Positions 56,627 to 64,000 of a stretch of DNA of 64,000 nt are shown in pieces. The stretch lies in NCBI GenBank assembly GCA_037447605.1, contig CM074808.1, forward strand, positions 3,038,001 to 3,102,000, in the 5' to 3' direction. Numbering within the stretch: the first letter of the stretch is position 1; every line of letters starts with the position of its first letter. This DNA comes from Zygnema circumcarinatum SAG 698-1b. Lineage: Eukaryota > Plantae > Zygnematophyceae. A program made the position numbers and the translations under genes. The notes under the pieces are model-generated. The model made no database searches and was not told the origin of the DNA. It saw only the letters and a program-made list of their open reading frames with translations.

Positions 56627-59446
56627 ATGGAGAAGAAGGCGAAAGGGTCGAAAATTCAGCTTCAGGGATGGCACATTGTGGCATGTTATGCCCTATGCAT
56701 TCTTCTTCACGCTGTTGCAGTTATGGGCGATATCACAACCTTTGGAGTGCTTCTTCTCACTGCGTCCGGAGTTGCAGCATCTCCTAACGCGATGCCGGTT
56801 TTTGGTGGAGGCACAAATATTCGACTGGACGGGAGAGCAGCCGCGACATTCATGCAGCATGGACTCAACAAGAAGGGACTGAACTTCGGTCGGACGTGCA
56901 GTAACTGTGTCCTTTATGAGGGCTGGCGTATGTCTAGGGGTTTGGTTTCATGGCAAGTCATTACAGATTTCATTATTGGAGTGGCATACATCTCCGTTCC
57001 GATACAGCTGTATTTCTTTCTGAAGAAGGTCAAGGTGCGGCCAGGAACTCGTTGTTGGCCCTTTCCTCTTCTGAGAAATAAAACTGCTATGAACTTTCCC
57101 TTATCGCATGAGGAGATTCGGAGAATTCTCGACTCGCGACTTGATCAATTGGAATGAATTTCTGGACTTTCGAAAGCATGATGAATAAATTAGGACTGTT
57201 TCATACAAAAAACATGTTGTCGGTTGTCGAGCTTGCATTTTATTTCTCGTCTGGCAGCTCCTTTTGTGAGCTTTGCTTAAGCGGGTGGGCTTAAGTGGTG
57301 CTATAGTGGGGCTGGGAGGTGCAGTCTGTACCATATGCTCCCATTCTTCTACAGTTCGGTGCCTTTATCACCATGTCTGGGTGAGTTCTCCACTCTCCTT
57401 TCTCTTTCTAGATGTTCAGTCTGTGCGTGAACAGTCCCCTGCTAATGGAGGATGGTGTTACAGGAGTGGGCAACCTGTTTTTAGAGCAGGAGTTGAATTC
57501 AGTAGCAAGGGCAGTTCCAGTGGGGTTAGGTCCGAACAGTTTGGTCACAGAACTGTTACTCTTTTTTGCAGAACCTAGTATGGAGGCTAGGGTGAAGATT
57601 TCGCAGTTCTTCACATTAGCTTTTCAGCTATCTGAGCCTTATCATGGTGGCTTATTTTTTATATCGACATTGTACGTGCATAGTCGAAGCTGAGAAAGGT
57701 CTGTTGCCAATAGATGGCGAGAGAGTGTGTCAGACTTTGTCGTGTTTTATGGGTTCGGGAACGGTCCTGACAGCAGTAGAGCTCATATTCTTCCAGACTT
57801 ATCTAGAACCTTTCAGGTTACAATTTACTTGATAGATATGGTTTGTCCGTGTCACAATATTGCAAATTGATTTTTCAAGAAACAGCTGAACGTTTTGAGA
57901 CTTGTCAGACACTAATGCAAGGGCTCTGCAGCCTCGAAATGGAAGGATAAACCATATCCGAATAAGTTTGAGTTAGCCGATGGAAAGGACATCAATGAAA
58001 CATTGCGCATCTGCCTGTGTCTGAGCACTCATTATATGTATAGGTCTCGCCCATCCTTGACCTCTAAACCGGAAACAACAAGGTATATGAATCTCACGGA
58101 ATCTATTATATCACGCTCTCTTTCGTTGGCCTGTTCTGTATGTACCAGCTCTGTTGTCACCAACTCCTTGAATCCTGCTGTTATCATTTTGCAGAATCTC
58201 TCACTTCCTCAACCTGTGGACCTATGGCGGCCTGCCACGTGTCCTCATGCTAGTCATGACGGGCCTGAAGCTCCTCTCAGCGTTCGTCTCCTGCACTGCG
58301 GCCATCACTCTCGTGGGCCTCATCCCTGACCTCCTCGGAGTACACCAGCGAGAAGTGTTCCTGCAAGAGAAGGTGCCTGTCATCCCTCCACCTCCTCCTC
58401 CTCCTCCTTCTCCTCCTCCTCCTCCTCCTCCTCCTCCTCCTCCTCCTCCTCCTCCTCCTCCTCCTCCTCCTCCTCACATCGTTCAAAACCTCAACCTAGA
58501 CATAGCCTCCAATGCCGGAAGCAGAACATAATTCCTTCTTAATGAGGGGGGAAACGAGTCTGCTTCAGGTAGATGCCCTGGACGAGGAGGTTCTGAGCGT
58601 TCTTGGGCTCGAAGACACGGCTGCAAAAGTGCGAACAATCACAGCCGCCATCCGCAGCACTTTGGACCGCGATGTGATCGGCTCTACCGCCTGTACGGAA
58701 CTGAGGGAGCTTCTGAAGCTGGAGAATGTGGCCCTATGGCTTCCCACCCGGCAGGGGACTGCCTTGGAGTTGGTCTATGAGAGCGAACGGCGGCAGACGC
58801 CGGCACTGGCACAGATTCCCGTCACAGACCCCACTGTTCAGGAGGTGAGAGACACTCATCGCTCTCTGGGAAAGAGAAGATGATGTGCTTCTGTTGTACC
58901 CAGCGCATCACGTTTCTTTCGAAACGTTCCAATAAATACCCAAAAAAAGTAGTCCAATACCTACTTTTGGCTTTTTTTTTTAACATTTCAATCCTGCTGC
59001 AATAACGGCCGGCAGGGTGGAGAAGAGTCTGCTGTTGTTGTTGTTGCGATAAGTTTCATCTTCCCGGGTCCAAAATTTACCGCGTTCGATTAGCGTCCTC
59101 TTCTTCTGAGCCCCCTTCTCCCCTTGTCCCCTCTCTCCCCTCTCTCCCCTCTCTCCCCTTCAGGTAGTCGCGAGCGGCCATGCTTTGGTGATATCGGAGG
59201 CGAGTCAGATTGCTCTTACCAGCTCTCTGTTCGCTGCGGCGGAGGCAGAGTGCGTGGCGGCTGTGGCCGTACCGCTGCTGAGCGGAGTGGAGGTGGCGAG
59301 CAACCCAATGGCCAACCTCGCACACTCGCAGAGCATCTCCTTTGCGCTCATGCTGCTCGTTCTGCCGCCCAAGGGGGGCCGCCATTGGCACCCTGATGTC
59401 CTGGAGGTCGCGGAAATACTAGCGGATCAGGTGACAACAGGACATA

Positions 59447-59530
<84 letters not shown>

Positions 59531-62500
59531 CTGCTCTCACTCTCCCTCTCTCCATCGCTCCAGGCAAGGGGAGTGTGAAGTAGTGGATTGGGATAATAGA
59601 TTAGCCGAATGCCAAGTATAGTGGAGGTTCTACGGTCGAAAGGCTTGATGGGTGGGGCATGAGTTGTTCCAACTTCATCTCTTCTGCACACTGAAGGGAG
59701 AACTGGGATCTGGCAATCTTGTGGAACATTTGCAAGCAAATTTATTTAACAGTGACTACTTCCCAGGTTGCAGTCTACTCTGCCTCCTCACTAGAACTGG
59801 CAGTGGTGCATCGCATGAAAGCCCTCTCACTCTCGACCCCAAATCAAAACCAAACTGCAGTTCTACATTCCCCCATAGCCCTTACCCGCAGCCCCTCGCT
59901 TGCAGGTAGCGATGGCCCTCTCCCACGCAGCCGTTCTGGAAGAGTCACAGCGCATTCGTGAGCAGCTCGCCGAGCAGGGGAAGAGTCTCCGCCTCGCGGA
60001 GTTTGAGGGCAAGTCGGCAGTTCGTGCTCGCGACAATTTTCTCACGGTACAGGCTGCAGTTGCCCTCTCCTCTTTCCTCCTCTTTTTGTATCTCCTTCTC
60101 CCCCTTTCCTCCCCTACCTCCCCTTTCTCCCTTTCCCCCTGCAAACACAAAAAAAATGTAGGTCCTTTGTTTATTCATTTCTTTCTCCGCAACCTGTCCA
60201 TAGCCCATTCGTTGAAGTGGCAAGGGAGCTCCGGTTTTCTGCAGGTGATGAAACACGAGATGCGGACTCCCATGCATTCTATTACAGCTCTTTCGTCCCT
60301 TTTGGCTGAAGCCGATCTGGAGGAAGAGCAGCACTCCATGGTGGAAACCATGGCGAGAAGCTCCGCCCTCCTCTCCACTCTCGTCTCCGACATTTTGGAT
60401 TTTTGGCGGCTCGAGGACGACAGTGTGAGCCTGAAGGTGGAAGCATTTGAGCTCACGCTTGTGGTGAAGGAGGCTGAGACTCTAGTGGCTCCCATTGCAA
60501 AGGATAAGGGTTTGACTCTCACCTTCAAGTCGGAGACGAACCTCCCTTCGAAGGTCACCGGTGACAGCAATCGACTCCTGCAAGTGTTGCTCAATGTGGT
60601 ACGTCAGTCCTCGTTCCCTCTCCCTCTCCCCTCCCTCTCTACCCCCCTTCGCTCTCCCCCCCTTTTCCCCCTCCCCCTCCCTTTCTCCTCTCCCTCACTC
60701 CTCTCCCTCTCTCTTCATGTCATGAAGCCGCACAAGAGAAGAAAAACTCCTCCAAAGGTCCACCGCTTTCCGTCACCCTACACACCACACTAAATCACTA
60801 GAACCCAGAAGAGCTAATGAATCCACTCTCATGCCCCTTCCACCTTTGTGCGTTCACCTCCATTTTTTCCAGATCGGCAATGCTATCAAATGCACTGCCA
60901 GCGGGGGCTCGGTGACGGTGTCAGCCTCTCTGGAGAAGATGGAGAGTGCCCGCGACGGGTTTGTTCTGAAGGCGGAGGCAGGACACGTGTTTGTGCGCTT
61001 TGAGGTGAAGGACACGGGAGTGGACCTGCTGGAGAAGGACATTCCTCGCCTCTTCGAGAAGTTTCAGGACGATGATGGCACGGTTTCGAGGACGGGTTTA
61101 GGTCTTGCGCTCTCTCGGAAGTTTGTGCAGGTGGGCTGCCCTCACTTTCTCTTTGGAAGTCATGGAGGGGTCGTGAAGGGCCTCAGTAATGGATGAACTT
61201 TTTCTTGAAGGAAGTGAAGATGGCATTGACTTTAAATTCATCCGAGGTGGTCAGTTTCTTTGTGGATGGGAAATTGTGGCTGCATTCTATATCTAATGAT
61301 GCTCAGGCCCGAAGGAAGGAGGTTTTGCATTCAGCGTAGGTTTACTCGGCATGGTAAGACCTGAATAACAGTCCCAGAGGTTTATGCGCTTACGGGACAG
61401 AAAGAGAGCGGACGATGCCATCCCCATAAAAATGTGCAACAGTTTAATGTGAGAGAACTAAAGTTCTGAACAGTCTTCTGTTGGCGGTGCAGCTGAGCGA
61501 AGGACACATGTGGATCGAAAGTGGAGGGCCGGGAGGAGGGGCAGCATGTAAATTCATTGTGCGGCTGAAGCTGGAGGAGGATGATGGGAAGGAGGAGGAG
61601 AAGGAGGACGAGTGGGACGTGCCAGACGTCAACTTTTATGCCTTGAGGGTGTGTTTTTCTTTTTTGTGAATTTCGGCTCTGTTGTTAGGTTTCTTGAGGT
61701 GTTTTAGCTCTTTCTTTTCGTTTTCTCTTTCTTTTTCTTCTTTTTCTTTTTCATTTCTGTTTTTCTGTGCGAGTTTAAGTAGTGGGCCTTGTCGACAGAT
61801 TCTTCCAGTGGTCCAATCCTCTCATGCTCCTCACTCTTCCGTTCGTTCTGCCTCCCGCTCCCTCCTTCTGTCCTTCTCATTCTCCATTCTCAGTGCACTT
61901 CTAATGCAAGGAGCGCTTGCAAGGAAAATGGGCAAGTGGCGAGTAGTCATTCTGCTGCACTGTCTGATTCATGTCCATAATTCATGTACCGCTTTGCTTA
62001 TCTGCAGATCATGGTGGTGGACGATAACATGATCAACCGGCTGGTGACAAAACGCCTCTTGGAGAGCATAGGCAGCAGCACAAAGGTGGTGGACTCTGGG
62101 AAGGAGTGTCTGCGGCTGCTGAAGGAGCGGTCAGATGAGGAGGACCCATATGATGTCCTCCTCCTTGACCTCATGATGCCGGAGGTTGACTTTTTTCCTT
62201 TCCCACTTGCTGTTGCCTCGTTAGTCTCTTACATTGATGTGATGAAGATTCTGCTTGTGATCGATAACCGAAGATTTTGTTAATGAACGCAGAAGTATGA
62301 TACCGTGTGTCGGTGTCCTGTTGTGGGCTAAGCAGAGTTGGGTTGTACATGGTGCTGCAGATGGATGGATACACTACGGCGAAGAAAATTCTGGAGGAAG
62401 TTCCCGAAAAGAACCGGCCTGTCATAGTTGCCCTTACTGCAAATGCAGACGAAACCACGAAGGAACGATGTTTAGAGCACGGAATGGTGGGAATGATCAC

Positions 62501-62570
62501 GAAGCCCATCTCTCTCAACCCTCTTCGTGACATTCTCGGGAAGATGTTGGACAGCAATGCAAGGAAGTGA
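56627..62570 (+). CDS. ETR: Ethylene receptor-like hybrid histidine kinase (N-terminal extension, 3 TM, GAF, HK, receiver), multi-exon
   Basis: QVITDFIIGVAYISVPIQLYFF, QFGAFITMSGISHFLNLWT, VSCTAAITL, IRSTLDR, VAMALSHAAVLEES, KHEMRTPMHSI, GDSNRLLQVLLNVVGNAIK, KDTG, LFEKF, TGLGLALS, MVVDDN, LLDLMMPEMDGY, IVALTAN, ITKP. Confidence 0.92.
58389..58475. repeat. (CCT)n microsatellite in an ETR intron
   Basis: Direct reading. It lies just after the GAGAAG|GTGCCT donor. Confidence 0.9.
59447..59552. repeat. (CT)n microsatellite in an ETR intron
   Basis: Direct reading. Confidence 0.9.
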
Positions 62571-63452
62571 GGAGCCAAACCCGGAAAAGCACGGGGAAAA
62601 CAAAATTAAATAAATGTGACTTGTTGTTCTGCTAGAATAGGACTTGTTTAGGAACTTAAATCAGCTAAAACAAATATGGTTCTCGCCACGTAGCCGTGGA
62701 GGGGGGGCTCCGGCAGAGTAGGTATTGGCTCTGGGGAATTGGAGAACAAAATGCAGAAAGAGGCAACTTGGTAGGTATGCAGGTGGAAGAGGGTTCGCTA
62801 GGGTTACTGGTGTATGTTAGGACCAAAGGCATGAAAGGACGGGCGATTTGTGGTCTCTCCCTCTCCCTCTCCCTCTCGCTCCACCCCCATCGCTCCCCTT
62901 CTCCTCCCCACCCCCCACCACCCCCACCCCTACCCTCGCCCAGCCCCTACCCTCGCTCCTCTCCACTCCTTCCCCTCGTTTCAAAATTTTGAATTTTGAA
63001 AGCCTTCAAAAAAACTCGAAAACAGACAAGGTCTTTCATGGACTTCGTGTCGGCATCACCAGTTAAGCAGCTGGAGCATCCGAGTCTGCTGAAGCATGGC
63101 ACGAATTATAATGGACGCTTAATCAGATGGAAGTGTCAACGGTCACATGTATGTACACGCGCCAAGAAAGTGAAGCGCTTGTCACTACAACTCACAAAGC
63201 GACTCCTTCCCCACATCAAATAACGAGACCATTAACGCGCCTATTCCTTCCACAGAACTGGACAGCAGCAGTACTTCCCCGCCCCTTTTTCTACTTCACA
63301 TCCTATCCCTCTTTCTGCGTCACCTCTCCAAACCAACCCTCAGCCACGCCTATCAACACTTCAACTGTACAATGCAACCGACCAGCCTCAAACCCTGATC
63401 TGAAATCCTAATCCCAGACCCTCAGTCTGAACCCTAACAGCCCTGCCTGAGT

Positions 63453-63728
63453 CTATGGCTCCCCCCCCCTCCCCTCCTGCCCTTGCACCCCGTACCGCCT
63501 CCGCAGCGTGCGGTACTTGTGGAGCCGTGCGAGCGCCTGGAGCTCCCTCACCACGTGCTCGCCCCGCTGCAGGGCGGCGACACGTGGCGCCTCCCCGTCC
63601 TCCAGCGGCCGCCGGAAGGCCTCCTTGGCCCGCCGCCGGACCTCCGCCAGGCCGCCCGCCCCGGGGTACTGCCGCCCGGCCAGGAGCAGCCGCTTGTACA
63701 GCTGGCGGGCCGCGGGGCTCAGCGCCAT
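63453..63728 (-). CDS. LYRM5: LYR-motif protein, LYRM5/ETFRF1-like (electron transfer flavoprotein regulatory factor), 91 aa, intronless
   Basis: MALSPAARQLYKRLLLAGRQYP...RRRAKEAF...RGEHVVRELQALARLHKYRTLRRRY matches the LYRM5 pattern LYKxLLxxGRxYP...GEFVxKELEALxxLRKYRAMKxRY. Confidence 0.85.
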   Translation of the reverse strand: MALSPAARQLYKRLLLAGRQYPGAGGLAEVRRRAKEAFRRPLEDGEAPRVAALQRGEHVVRELQALARLHKYRTLRRRYGVQGQEGRGGEP

Positions 63729-63965
63729 GGCCGGGGTGCGCGACACGTGGCGTTCAGCGTGGACGAGGAAGGAGAGGGCGCTTGGGAAGCCGACACGTGG
63801 CGGTCGGTGGCGGAACGTCGGGGGGAAACCCGGAAAAGGCTTTCCATGAGGTCTCTCAGGCGACAAAATCAGTTCGCCGTTTTACGGAGCGGGAACGAAG
63901 CAGATTCCAGAGGAGGGACCCGATTTGCTTTTTTTCCTCTTTGAAGGATTTTGATCTTTAAAATT

Positions 63966-64000
63966 GGGTAGTGATATTTCCACCCCTTTTTTGGATCCAA
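63966..64000. mobile_element. Left terminus of another copy of the GGGTAGTG long-TIR element, running off the window
   Basis: gggtagtgatatttccacccctttttt ggatccaa is identical to the start of 52579. The flank ttaaaatt is AT-rich. Confidence 0.85.

Noticed and set aside
58247-58531. Poly-Pro insertion in the ethylene receptor
   Set aside because: The (CCT)n run lies after a phase-0 donor at about 58374; splicing to about 58569 restores the normal TM3-to-GAF linker.

Overview
Eukaryotic, intron-rich green-plant DNA. Gene content and intron style fit a streptophyte alga or early-diverging land plant, but the species cannot be named from sequence alone. The first 12.6 kb is a rearranged accessory cluster: a chimeric, degenerate WWE-(half WWE)-Hsp70-like gene, a four-exon WWE-WWE-PARP-like gene that the ORF track splits into four pieces, an intact HSPA12-type Hsp70-like gene, and a head-to-head WWE-only gene. 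Next come conserved genes: a CHD6-9/Kismet-type remodeller (-), a DASS/tDT-like dicarboxylate transporter (+) with a (CCCTTA)n intron tract and altered substrate-site motifs, a vicilin-like bicupin (+), a TRM/LONGIFOLIA-like protein (-), UBA3/ECR1 (-), a calmodulin-dependent NAD kinase-like gene (-), an ETR-type ethylene receptor homologue (+) with Ser at the copper-ligating Cys65 position, and LYRM5/ETFRF1 (-). Between the NAD kinase and the receptor is a stack of non-autonomous DNA transposons with recognisable TIRs and TSDs, and a 1.76 kb duplication across a 10-N gap that is probably an assembly artefact. All exon models were built by hand from GT-AG sites, reading phase and family motifs; no database search was run.
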